Program-made: the position numbers and the translations under genes
Source: Octopus bimaculoides
Taxonomy: Eukaryota
Length of the DNA: 34,567 nucleotides
Assembly (NCBI RefSeq): GCF_001194135.2
Contig: NC_068988.1
Span: 2,841,717-2,876,283 of the forward strand
Reading direction: 5' to 3'
The notes under the pieces: model-generated
What the model was told of the DNA's origin: nothing
Database searches by the model: none
What the model saw: only the letters and a program-made list of their open reading frames with translations
Shown here: positions 21,521 through 33,775 of the stretch, piece after piece
How the letters are laid out: the number at the start of each line of letters is the position of its first letter
Numbering within the stretch: the stretch's first letter is position 1

Positions 21521-22047
21521 GGCAAAGGAGTGTCTCTGTGGTTGTTTGCCTGGCTAAAAATACAAGCAAAAATCCTTCTAATCATACTTTGCAGACGTAA
21601 AAATAGGAAAGACATATTAGAAAATATAATCCAATATGGCATAGTCATGAGAGGAATGCTTTGATTATAGGCCTGCTTGATTAGGTCTGACCTTGGGCTA
21701 AAAATCAACAATGAATAATAGAGCTATACAAGCTAACAAGGGTGCTTCCTCCATGTGGTTACTCAGCTACTTAGAAATGAAAACTAAATCTTCAAATCAC
21801 ATGCTAACATTTTAACAAAAGGAAGGACATATTATTTAATATAGACTGAAGTATATAAAACAGGAAAACACTAGATGAACTGGGGTGGGTGGGTGGCTGG
21901 GGTATCTCTGATCATTGGTCTACTTGACTGAGTTGGAGTGGAACTGTGTTAGCTACCAAACTGTTATTGTGTGTTGAAAGTTTTGACAGCTCCTGAAAGA
22001 AATAGAAATTTAAAGTGAATTTAACTGTTTTATGTTTTATTAAACAG

Positions 22048-22136
22048 CTGGGATGGCTCTCTTCTATAATGTACTTGCTTCAGTTCCAGCACACATCAAA
22101 TCATTTCCAAAGAAGGAAGACTCCAAAATTATTTAG
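22048..22136 (+). CDS. Candidate terminal exon
   Basis: Acceptor ttttatgttttattaaacAG; phase-1 frame GMALFYNVLASVPAHIKSFPKKEDSKII*; AATAAA near 22326. No phase-compatible upstream exon found. Confidence 0.25.
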
Positions 22137-22689
22137 AATTTTCACTATGGGAAATTGAGGAATGGTCAAAATATGACAGTGAGATGTGCTTTTCCCAAAA
22201 TAGCTCAAAGGATTCAGTCATTTCAGAAAAGACAGGGAGAAAATTGCAAAGAAAGTATTTGTCAGATTACCTCAACGATTTTAGTAGTTCAACTTATTCA
22301 TTTCATAATTATGTGTTTTGGAATGAAATAAAACTTTACCCATTTAATACATCTTGCAATGAGTGTATAAATGTTAAGAACCATACTAGCTGTCAGATGT
22401 TTAATTTAATTAACAGTTACACTAGATTCTTTCAAAATCCAAACTAACTCAGAAAAAAATGGAGGAAAATCTCTTCTCTGATTGCTTCTCTGAGGTGGAT
22501 TATATGGTGAATATGTGTATCTTGAATTTGTCCTGAGTCACCCCAGTCTATGCTATGCATGCATGTTTAGATAATTTTGTTTCTACTAAATACCTTGTGC
22601 TTATTGGTTTATTGAGAAGAGAAAAGGAATTACATTCAGAAATTCTTTTGTGATATTTCATTGTAAATTTGAAGTGAAAGTTGGATTAT

Positions 22690-23404
22690 ATCACTTGACA
22701 TTTCTATGTCTACTCTTCGTCTTTAAAGCTTTGGCTCTGTAGTATATTGAGTTTTATCTCAGAAGTCCCACACACTATTACGTCACACATCATAATAACA
22801 AGGAAAAGTATCTATATGAGATGCAAGTAAGGAATTAGACAAGTTGATGAAGAAAGTTGAGATTGCAAAAGCAATATTGGTGAAGGATGAATGAGTCACA
22901 AGTCGTTGGGAATGTTGATGTCTCCAAGAACGACAATTCTGAAAATAGTTGAAGTAGGATATATGGTCTCAATGCAGGAGGAGATGTATTTAAAGAGTTG
23001 GTGGTCATAAATTAAAATCTGTTTTTTTACGGGATATTGAAAGGGCAATTACTAATATTAGGAATTAAATTTCCTAGAATAACGGGTAAGAAATTATAAT
23101 TTTTATCGATATATTATAAATTCACATTAGGTTTGTGTAAGAGTAGAATATATTCATATCTAAATTTCATGTGATAGCTAAAAACAAAATGAACTATCTT
23201 CAAACTGATACCAACTGTAATTCTTAAACATATACAGCTAAATAGATTTATGAGGTGTTTTCTAAAACTAGCTAATCTATAACACGAGATTAAGAACTTG
23301 TCATCTTTATAGAGACTTCCAGTTAACGTACATTTTTTATGGACAAAGGCAAAAATATATATTCCAATAAGTGCACATAATTCAACCACATCATATGCCA
23401 CCAT
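22690..23404 (-). mobile_element. Penelope-like RT relic (MGSYDGAE...GLYRDD type)
   Basis: MVAYDVVELCALIGIYI..GSLYKDD..LRITVGISLKIVHF..LHKPNVNL*YIDKNYNFLPVILGNLIPNISN matches the PLE pattern MGSYDGAE.CELVGLYIL..GLYRDD..L.ITIE.N...V.FLD..Y.KPN...Y....SNHP. Confidence 0.8.
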
Positions 23405-23416
23405 GCAAAATTAATA

Positions 23417-24130
23417 GCAGTTACTCCTTAGACACCTTGCTTATAAATTCCTACTTTTTAGAACTAACGGGCTGCTGATTTCGTACAGTTTGAATTGCTT
23501 TCAATTCTATGGCTAAATTCTCAAAGAACTATTTTGTTGTAAAGGTTTAAGAATTAAAGTTGATACTAATCACTAATCTTAGCTATTTTTGGAGATTACT
23601 TTAAACTTAGGCATGAATAAATTCTGTCCTTATCGAAAACCCAATGAAAAATATGTTATGTCAATAAGAATGCCAGTCATCTGTCCATTAGTCTACAAAA
23701 CTTAATTTCAGATATTAGTAAGTATATATCTTCACTAACTTTTGGCGAAAACAGTTTTTTTTTATTTGCTTTTCATTACCATGATAAAATTATGCAATAA
23801 TGACTTTTAGATAAAATTCTTTATATTATCCCTAATGATCGTCATAGCTTCAGAATAGAACTGGAAATATCCTCTGGTATAACCCAATGACCAGTTTTTT
23901 TTTATGTAAGAACAGATAGCACAAAAGAATGGCTAAATTAAATGTTAATTTTTTTTTTTCATTTCCCCTTCAGATCAAGATCTTTAACAGATGCAAAGTT
24001 CAATTTAACTAACCTTGCTGTGTTTAAGTAAAAAAAATATTTTCATTTCATTCCAAGTCTCACTGCATTATATGAAAGATCTGAACTATTTGATTGCTGC
24101 AGGCATGCTTCGTAGTATTTACTTTGTAAT
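23417..24130 (+). mobile_element. Same-family PLE relic in opposite orientation: RT part plus endonuclease C-terminus, internally deleted
   Basis: RTNGLLI..LKELFCCKGLRIKVDTN..FLEITLNL..KFCPYRKPNEK; then LLCLSKKNIFI (C.LCL.EK..I) and LYERSELFDCCRHAS*YLL (LNKRSEL...CRH..K.LL). Confidence 0.8.
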
Positions 24131-24898
24131 TCTCTTCCTTATCATTCTCCTAATGCATAATTCTTTTGATATTGGTAAAACTGAATTCTCACTGCCATAT
24201 TCTGACCTTTCATTGACTTCTGACATTGAATATTTTTAATAACATATCTTGTTACATCTTTGAATTTTTCTCTTTAATAACTGAATAAGCTGCATACCCA
24301 CATTTTACATTCTATTGGCTTTATAAAAAATATACATTCATTGAAAAAAAAACACCATTTACTCCAACCTTGCTAAACTTGATAACTTTCTTTTTATCTC
24401 ATTTTTATTTACTTTTCTCATCATTTACTCACTTTTCTCTTCCTATTTGTATATTGATACACTTTCATTGTTCCATATTTACAGATATTATTATTTTATT
24501 ACTATTTATTTTTCAATATACACATTAGCATCAATGTCTCTTCCTCTGTTCTTCTGATCCTCATTCTTTCTCTTTTATTTCCCCCTTCTAACTGACAAAT
24601 TCCTCCCCTCCTACCTTCCATACTTTTTTACTTTTATTTTGTTTACAACGATTATAGAGTCAACCAACAAGATCGTTTTATATCAATAATATTATCAAGT
24701 CAAATCTCATCTAAACGTTGACTGCATCATTTTTTAAATATCTGTCTAGTGTTCTATTTTTCATTATCGTTTGAAGACAGGAAAAGTAAAACACTCAAAG
24801 CAATGATTTGTGAAATTTCTGCTATGATTACAACACATACACACCCATTCACAAAGAGTAAATGATAATAGAAGGACAAAACAGAATAGTCATTACAT

Positions 24899-24916
24899 TT
24901 GTGTGTGTGTGTGTGT

Positions 24917-24958
<42 letters not shown>

Positions 24959-25107
24959 GTTTGTTTTATGGGAAGTTATATATAAAAACAATTTAACATT
25001 AAATTGCTTACTTGTGTTTATTAGTATCATGAAGGTAAGCAACCAAAACTTTTAAGTTACCGTCAATGTTTTTTACGTAAAAGTTTAATGTGCATGTATA
25101 TATATAA

Positions 25108-25164
<57 letters not shown>

Positions 25165-25215
25165 TACACACACATATACATACACACATACATACATACA
25201 TACATACATATATAC
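24899..25215. repeat. (TG)n and (CA)n/(CATA)n microsatellites
   Basis: 24899-24955 and 25110-25215. Confidence 0.95.
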
Positions 25216-25289
25216 AAGACAAAAACTACCTTCAATATTAGTGAACATACTGAAGAAATCCTTAGAACAGAAGTACACACCCATTCCCT

Positions 25290-26330
25290 TTTTTTCAAGG
25301 CAAATTATTTTAGAAAGAATTGTCCCGAATTCTTCCTCAGAACCTCCATTGGCAGCATTTTACGGGGTCACAATATTCCAAGAAATAAATATACAATAGA
25401 CACCAAATACGTGGACAATATTCTCATCATAAATAAATACAATGGAAAAAGTTGAAACATTAAACAAAGACCAAGAACAATAATTCTGTACTAAACTTCA
25501 AAATCCAAAGCAGTACAAACTCTGTTGACCACACAATGACCCTTCCTCCCTCTCTCGATATAAACATTCAGATAAAAAATTATCGAAACAATGACGTTCA
25601 TTCCACCAATGACAAAGAACTTTATATACTTAAATGGAGAATCTAATTGTTGTTATACAGAATTTCAGTGTTAAAATCTCTACTTTGAAAAGAATTTCAA
25701 TTCATCTTCATGGTTGAAGTAGAAAATAGAAGAAACCCTAATCAACAAAGGGCAGTTTAACAAACTGACAGACCAATTCATTGGTAGTTATAAATAAATA
25801 CAACACAATTAGTACATCAAAAATCAAACCAATTAAAATACACAAAGTGAACAGAGAGAGTATTTTATCTGAATTAAATGCAGAGTGACAATAGATTTGT
25901 TGACTCACAGGAAACAAAATACAAAACTAACACAAATAATGTTACAAAAACACTGAAATTTAAAACTGTTTTTTTTTTGCAATGACGAACGACAAGGATA
26001 TAAACTCATAAACAAACTATAGATGACAAAAGTGTTATATGAATTTGGTTGAAATACGAAATTTATAAACTTCATTGTAATATTGTAATATTGTGATACA
26101 GGCCATACATGCATAACATGCATTGTTGACTCACTATGCATTCACAACAGGAAGCAATTGCAATGAAGTGCACAACAAAACACAAAACTACATACAACAC
26201 TAGACAACATATTTATGCTCAACACAAATTTCTATGAAACAGATAATTAATGATATTAGAAATACACATAATACAGAGAAGTAATAAAAAATAAATCCAG
26301 ACAACACATACTAGTTATACAAACAAAAAT
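25290..26330 (+). mobile_element. Decayed Penelope-like element with RT and GIY-YIG remnants in order
   Basis: SEPPLAAFY (25337), KYVDNILII (25405; YVDD decayed), PSLDINI and ..PPMTKNFIYLNGES, then EIYKLHC (26058) and YCDTGHT (26089; YIGETG decayed). Confidence 0.7.
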
Positions 26331-26644
26331 AAAAAACAATCTGATGACATGTAAATCTGAAGGTGAAACGTAAAATTCCAGTGGAAATGACTGCCTGAAT
26401 AAGATAGCTTTTGCTTATTATAAAGAAGCAGCAGCCTGTACCAATATCACACCATGATGAAGATGAGACTTTGAAGATTAACATGCATGGATGCCACATC
26501 TAGGGAAATTATTATTCCAGAAAGACAACGAGAAGTGCACATGAAGATATGAAAGAAATTGTTAAAAATGATAAAACTACAACACAGTCATGCTTTCAAT
26601 GCATGTCTGAAAGAATAAAATGTCTTTCTCATGTAACATATCAT

Positions 26645-26815
26645 AGGGGCAGGCATAGCTGTATGGTAAGAAGTTTGCTTCTCAACCACATGGTTCTTGG
26701 TTCAGTCCCATTGCATGGCACCTTCGCCAAGTGTCTTCTACTATACATCCAGGCTGACCAAAGCCTTGAAGACTTGTGAGTAGATCTGATAGATGGACAC
26801 TGAAAGAAACTCATC

Positions 26816-26853
<38 letters not shown>

Positions 26854-27092
26854 ATATATATATGTGTAGTGGGGGGGGGGGAATGTCTTTGCATCTCCGT
26901 GTTTGTCCCCAACCACTGTTTTGCAACTGGTGTTGGATTGCTTATGTTCCTGTAACTTAGCAGTTTGGCAAAAGATACAAATAGAATAAGTACCAGGCTT
27001 AAAAAGAATAAGCGCTGAGTTTCATTCTTTTGACTAAAATTCTTCAAGGCAGCATCCCAGCATGGCTGCTGTCTGGTGAATGAAACAAGTAC
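26645..27092 (+). mobile_element. Full-length old CORE-like SINE
   Basis: Same head, CORE-like block, internal TA tract and tail as 10391-10850. Confidence 0.88.
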
Positions 27093-27102
27093 AACATATC
27101 TA

Positions 27103-27200
27103 CACACACATATACTCATATACACACATATACTCATATACACACATATACTCATATACACACATATACTCATATACACACATATACTCATATACACACA
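27103..27200. repeat. 18-bp tandem repeat (TACACACATATACTCATA) x5.4
   Basis: Direct reading, immediately after the SINE tail; gives (SICVYM)n in the ORF track. Confidence 0.95.
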
Positions 27201-27330
27201 TGCATACATAGGTTCTTACAAAGCTACCAAATTCCATCATAGAAATGTAGATAATGAAGGCAAATTCCCATTTTGAAACTGAGAAGAGTTTTGCATATTT
27301 TTACTGTTCTGCTTACAAATTTTATTTGTA

Positions 27331-27368
<38 letters not shown>

Positions 27369-28249
27369 GTGCGTGTGTGTGTATGTGTTAGCTAGTTGAT
27401 TTTTTGTCTGTATGTATATAATATGGGTGTATGTATATGTGTGCACACACACATGCAAGTGTAAAAACACAGAGACCTGCCATCCACAATTACTATCCAA
27501 AGGGCAGCTCCTTATTCAAGCAACTTTCACTTATTTATGGGTTTCAATCGAAAGTACTAAATTAAACATCTTCAAGAATCTCTAATATTTCTTGCATATG
27601 TCCACTTAAGAGGACAATGCCAAAGAAAAACCCATAAATTTTCAGAGACTCAAGAATATATCACATAAATATATCATTGGTTCTTGCCATTTCTTTCTTT
27701 TTTTATGTGTTTTTTTTTATGCTGATGTTATTTTATGTCTTTGTTGCCATTGTTTTTGTTATTTTTACGGTATGAATTTTTCTTTTTCTTTGTTTTGTTT
27801 TAGGTAAATTCTCAGAATGGTTTTCCCCACCACTAACATCCTGTTCTTGTATCATTTCCTAGATGGCAACACTAGTTTCCAGCATACACTGAATTACAGT
27901 TTTAGCATATTTATTTAATTCTTTATATATAAATTTCTTCTTTTTTTTTTTTGCTATTCTTTACTCAATATAAATTGGTGCCATAAGTCTTCAAGTGCTT
28001 ATTGATTTCCAGTAGTGCTTTTTCGCAGTCTGACTTATGTACTTTCAGCTATTTTTTTTTCACTTTGGTCTCATTGTTGGAATTTTCAGTCCAGTAGGTG
28101 GGTTTAGTTTTTCTTTCTTTTTTTTTCCTTATTTCTCTTTTGAATTCTTTGAATTCATTACTACATTTACCTACATCTGTGTGTTCAGTGGGACATTTAC
28201 ATGCATACAAATTTACGTACATATGTGTGTGTATGTGTGTATACATACA

Positions 28250-28283
<34 letters not shown>

Positions 28284-28885
28284 NNNNNNNNNNNNNNNNN
28301 NNNNNNNNNNNNNNNNNNNNNNNNNNNNNNNNNNNNNNNNNNNNNNNNNNNNNNNNNNNNNNNNNNNNNNNNNNNNNNNNNNNNNNNNNNNNNNNNNNNN
28401 NNNNNNNNNNNNNNNNNNNNNNNNNNNNNNNNNNNNNNNNNNNNNNNNNNNNNNNNNNNNNNNNNNNNNNNNNNNNNNNNNNNNNNNNNNNNNNNNNNNN
28501 NNNNNNNNNNNNNNNNNNNNNNNNNNNNNNNNNNNNNNNNNNNNNNNNNNNNNNNNNNNNNNNNNNNNNNNNNNNNNNNNNNNNNNNNNNNNNNNNNNNN
28601 NNNNNNNNNNNNNNNNNNNNNNNNNNNNNNNNNNNNNNNNNNNNNNNNNNNNNNNNNNNNNNNNNNNNNNNNNNNNNNNNNNNNNNNNNNNNNNNNNNNN
28701 NNNNNNNNNNNNNNNNNNNNNNNNNNNNNNNNNNNNNNNNNNNNNNNNNNNNNNNNNNNNNNNNNNNNNNNNNNNNNNNNNNNNNNNNNNNNNNNNNNNN
28801 NNNNNNNNNNNNNNNNNNNNNNNNNNNNNNNNNNNNNNNNNNNNNNNNNNNNNNNNNNNNNNNNNNNNNNNNNNNNNNNNNNNNN
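28284..28885. other. Assembly gap
   Basis: 602 N, flanked by (TA)n and (ATC)n. Confidence 1.
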
Positions 28886-28932
<47 letters not shown>

Positions 28933-29130
28933 TATTTAACTTCTGTTTACCATGCTGGCATGGATAAGATGGTTTTACAGGAACTAGCCAATCAGGAGAC
29001 TGCACCAAGTTCTGCTGTCTGCTTTGGCATGATCTCTAATGTCCTTCCTAATGCCAACCCCTTTATAATGTGCACTGGGTACTCTTAATGAGACACCAAC
29101 AGCAGTGGAGTCACCAAGTAACTTGGAAGA
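28886..29130 (-). mobile_element. Old RTE 3' end with (GAT)n tail
   Basis: Reverse complement: gggttggcattaggaaggacattag...accttatccatgccagcatggtaaacagaagttaaataatgatg (diverged). Confidence 0.75.
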
Positions 29131-29506
29131 CAAGACCCATCGACTGGGGAAAAAAGTAATGAAAAACAAAAATACATGTCTTACCTTAGACACCTTCTTG
29201 TCTCCAATCAAATTATAAAGTCATAGCCTCTTCAGAATTAGCCATTAAATCTCCCTCACACTTACTTGGATATTTTCCATAAAATCCTATTCTTTAATTA
29301 TTCCAAATTCTCAAAAGGTAAGGTAAAAAAAAACGACTTTTTAACTTTGTTAGCTTTCTCCAACACTTTTTTTTTGCAGGAATTTAAATCTAAAAAAAAA
29401 AAAGAACAGCATAAAAAAACAATGTAACAAATCCACCTCCCCCCGCCACCACCACCACCACCACCACCACCGCCACAGATGTGCTTGAGAATGATTCCTT
29501 AGACTG

Positions 29507-30286
29507 NNNNNNNNNNNNNNNNNNNNNNNNNNNNNNNNNNNNNNNNNNNNNNNNNNNNNNNNNNNNNNNNNNNNNNNNNNNNNNNNNNNNNNNNNNNNNN
29601 NNNNNNNNNNNNNNNNNNNNNNNNNNNNNNNNNNNNNNNNNNNNNNNNNNNNNNNNNNNNNNNNNNNNNNNNNNNNNNNNNNNNNNNNNNNNNNNNNNNN
29701 NNNNNNNNNNNNNNNNNNNNNNNNNNNNNNNNNNNNNNNNNNNNNNNNNNNNNNNNNNNNNNNNNNNNNNNNNNNNNNNNNNNNNNNNNNNNNNNNNNNN
29801 NNNNNNNNNNNNNNNNNNNNNNNNNNNNNNNNNNNNNNNNNNNNNNNNNNNNNNNNNNNNNNNNNNNNNNNNNNNNNNNNNNNNNNNNNNNNNNNNNNNN
29901 NNNNNNNNNNNNNNNNNNNNNNNNNNNNNNNNNNNNNNNNNNNNNNNNNNNNNNNNNNNNNNNNNNNNNNNNNNNNNNNNNNNNNNNNNNNNNNNNNNNN
30001 NNNNNNNNNNNNNNNNNNNNNNNNNNNNNNNNNNNNNNNNNNNNNNNNNNNNNNNNNNNNNNNNNNNNNNNNNNNNNNNNNNNNNNNNNNNNNNNNNNNN
30101 NNNNNNNNNNNNNNNNNNNNNNNNNNNNNNNNNNNNNNNNNNNNNNNNNNNNNNNNNNNNNNNNNNNNNNNNNNNNNNNNNNNNNNNNNNNNNNNNNNNN
30201 NNNNNNNNNNNNNNNNNNNNNNNNNNNNNNNNNNNNNNNNNNNNNNNNNNNNNNNNNNNNNNNNNNNNNNNNNNNNNNNNNNNNNN
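29507..30286. other. Assembly gap
   Basis: 780 N. Confidence 1.
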
Positions 30287-30398
30287 TATATATGTGTGTG
30301 TATGTATACATATATGTATGCATATGTATATGTGAATATACGTATATATATGCACACACACACACATGAATAAAAATGCATCCATGTATGTATATATG

Positions 30399-30442
<44 letters not shown>

Positions 30443-31702
30443 GATGTATCAAGTCTTCAGCATCTCCCCGCATCATTTTTTTTATGTATGCACATTTTTG
30501 TTTTTGCCACTTTGGAGTGGATGCCACATCTTGATGCAGAATCTTAAAGTCAGATGCCATTCTTGTTGGCAAAGTTACTTTAATTTGCATGTTTGCATGT
30601 TGAACTGCAAATGAGTTGGACATTTTGTTATGCCTGACATAAACATCATTGTCGTCATTGTCATCGCCATCATCATCATCATTATCATCTTCATCATCTC
30701 TGTCCAGGTCGTATCATTGTGATGATTGCAGAAACACGCACACCTGTTGACATCCTCAACCACACAGCTATTCCTCAAAATCTTCAGACTTGAAAAGATT
30801 TTTGAAATTAGCAAAAAAGAAAAAAGAGTTCAACAAACAATATCTATCTTATGGACATTGATCAGATTTTCCGCTCTCTGATTGTACCTGTATTTTTCTA
30901 TCTGATATACATGTGTGTGTGTGTGTATGTATATACATATTTATATATATATGTATGTATACATATATGTATGCATATATATTCATCTGTATCTATCTAT
31001 CTATACATGTATATATCTATGTATGTGTGTGTGTGTGTGTGTGTGCGTGCATGTGTGCACGTATGTGTGTGTGTGTGTGTGCACATAATTAGAGCATTCT
31101 TTCAGGAAGTAACAAAATAGTAACACATTCAAAAGTACAAAGAAAATCATAATTAGTTTTTAAATTAATCAGATTCTACATCATTCTATTCTACATTCGA
31201 CATTCCTGCTTAAAGTTACTTAAGTAACACATACTAATGTCTTGAGGAAATGAATGAAAGCTACAACTTCCGATTTCACTTCTTTAATATGTCAGACTTT
31301 CTTTCCTGGTCAAAAGAAATTGGTATTGATTTGATTCCTTGCTTGGATTATTATAAGTTGGTCAGGTTAATGAAGCACATGATGAAATGAAAGCCAATAT
31401 ATTAGGTTTGCTTTATTGACCCCAGAGTGATGCAAATTCAGAACAAAAAATCATGAAAGAAACAAAATGAAACATGGCAAGTGTAACAAAAAGCAAGAAG
31501 AATATTATTATTATTTTTGCTTCGTTAAGAAAAGAATAGAAGTTTCAATTCCCAAGTGGAACTGATTCACGTAAGCTGTTAATGCCTCTTAGTGTTAGAT
31601 GTAAATGTTGATCTTTCGATTTTAATTTGGTATTTGTGCCGTGTTAAAGAGAAATCAGAATTAAAATATGATTTAAACACATGAATATTGTTGAACATTA
31701 TA

Positions 31703-31895
31703 AAGGTGCAGGTGTGGCTGTGCGGTTAACAACTTTGCTTCCCAACCACATGGTATAGGGTTCAGTCCCATTGCATGGCACCTTGGGCAAGTGTCTTCTG
31801 CTATAGCTGTGAGCTGACCAAGGTTTTGTAATTTGATTTAGTATGGCAACAGAAGAAGAACATGGGGTGTGTGTGTGTGTGTGTGTGTGTGTGTC
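31703..31895 (+). mobile_element. CORE-like SINE 5' half ending in (TG)n
   Basis: ggtgcaggtgtggctgtgcggtt...gggttcagtcccattgcatggcaccttgggcaagtgtcttctgc. Confidence 0.85.
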
Positions 31896-31984
31896 TCCTT
31901 GATTTGATATCCCAAGATAGTGGTAAATAAATGTCACACATTTCTAATATTCCACGAAAACATATCCAACCATAGGGAAATATT

Positions 31985-32100
31985 ACCATACTTGGAAGCT
32001 AGTGAGGTTTAGCCACAGGGAGGGTATCTGGCTGTAGAAAATTACACATTCGACCCATGCAAGCCTGGAAAAGTAGATGTCAAATGATGATGATGATGAA
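31985..32100 (+). mobile_element. Decayed RTE 3' end
   Basis: gggagggtatctggctgtagaaa...cgacccatgcaagcctggaaaagtagatgtcaaatgatgatg. Confidence 0.6.
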
Positions 32101-32817
32101 AAATGTGTGCAGAACTAAATGAAACGACTTACTTCATTCAGTTACATCCCTTTATATTTTGGGTTTATGTGTGTGAGCATATTTCTTTTTATGTGTCTGA
32201 GAAGAGGAAAAATGTTTGTGCCAGTCATGTTTAGTTAATGAACTGTAGTGTCTCTCTTTGTCTCCCTGTTTCTCTCTACCGCTCTCTTTCTCTCCCACTC
32301 TTCCTCTCTCCCTCTTTCTCTCTGTATGTATATATATATTTCTGGGTGTTTGCCACCAGTGCCAAAAAGTACTGTTACCAAAACAGGTTGATTTTCCAGT
32401 GAGCCATGCCAGATCATTCCATTCCAATGGCTGCATATTTGATGTAGACAAATGTATACATATGAGAATACATATGTATACGTATATGTATACATATGAG
32501 ATATATGTATACGTTTGTGTTTCATTCTCTGTTAGTGTTCACTGGTTCTGGTTGTTGAGTAGAGTTGTTCTCCCTTTGTGTCTATGATGTAATTAAGCAA
32601 TATGAGGAGAAATCAATAAAGAAAGGTATCAAAAACTCATAGAAGTAAATCCATCAAACATGAATGATTCAACCCTTTGAACAGTTGTCGTCTGCCAATG
32701 AGTGAAACTAGTAAAAGGATTAAAGAATTAAAGTATATCGTCCTGTGATCCATTTTATAATTTTTATCTTTGACTCAAAGAAATGCATTGAACAATGTAA
32801 TCTGTTACTTGGATATT

Positions 32818-33190
32818 TTAGATTTTATTAAATCTGCAACCCCTCGGCCACAAATTTTGGGCCCAGTCCCAATACATGACATCAAATATAATGTATGTCT
32901 GAGTGAAAAGCATAACAGTTTGGTACACTAGTTGTTTGTAATAGTGAAACTTTCCTCTTGATGTTGGTATTACTATCTCATCTTTCTTTAATAAATTGTC
33001 ACCAGTATTACGAATATATTCTGGTTCAATAATTCTAACAAATGACACCATATTGTAGTTGTTGATTAAAACACTTGACCCTGCCCTCCAATAGTTCAGC
33101 TCTCTCTCACCGTATAACATTACAAAGTGACTTTTCAATAAAGTCGATCAACTGAGATCATTTACCTCTCACCCAGTAACCGCTACGAGT
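32818..33190 (-). mobile_element. Probable Gypsy-type LTR retrotransposon integrase C-terminal relic
   Basis: WRAGSSVLINNYN..IRNTGDNLL..EIVIPTSRGKFHYYKQLV resembles the F..G..VLV.NY..W..G.I...G..Y.V.....RH..QL tail of Gypsy integrases. Confidence 0.45.
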
Positions 33191-33466
33191 TATTGCTTGT
33201 TTCCATTTGTTCATAAAGTTTATTTCTTAATTAAACTGATAACTCTTTGATTTAATTAACTGATTTTTTAAAAAGAAATTCTAATTTCTAGTTGTTGAAC
33301 ATTTTTATCCTAACCTACTTTTTTGTCATTAATTTTCTCTTTTTCTAAATATTGAAAATATGCAGGTACATTTTATCCTAAGAATTTTATCTTCATAAAG
33401 CTAGATTCTCTACAAAATAAACAAACATTTATGATGTAATATACAACAAGTATTATTTTTATACTC

Positions 33467-33595
33467 ATGGTGCTTGACCAAGTGGTTAGGCATTTAAGCT
33501 CTCACTGAGAAGGTCATGGGTTCTATTCACATTGTGTCAGTAGCTAAGGCACTTCACATTGCTCCAGTCCATTCAGCTGGTATAAAGGAGGATTA
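33467..33595 (+). mobile_element. Old tRNA-derived SINE, third type
   Basis: A-box-like agtggttagg, B-box-like gggttctattc, then gctaaggcacttcacattgctccagtccattcagctg. Confidence 0.6.
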
Positions 33596-33775
33596 AATCT
33601 GGCTGAGGGTTCAAGTTAGCGTAATCGTATTAACAAGTCAATGATGCAACTAACAGCCTTTAGATATGAAGAGAAGCAGGTCTAGTTTGGGTAACTATAT
33701 CCCAATTTTACTGTTTCCTATTATACATGTGCACGTTCAGAAGTGAGTGCAAAAACATCCAGAAAATAATTATTA

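Noticed and set aside
23974-24031. Very strong plus acceptor with frame SRSLTDAKFNLTNLAVFK*
   Set aside because: Overlaps the PLE endonuclease C-terminus (LLCLSKK...RSEL...CRH), which explains the sequence.
24770-24802. TTGAAGA...TAAAAC-ACTC after the PLE 3' region as a fossil hammerhead
   Set aside because: Too many core mismatches.
28037-30623. Long ORFs of 239-374 aa in the ORF track
   Set aside because: Made of N gaps (X) and microsatellite translations.
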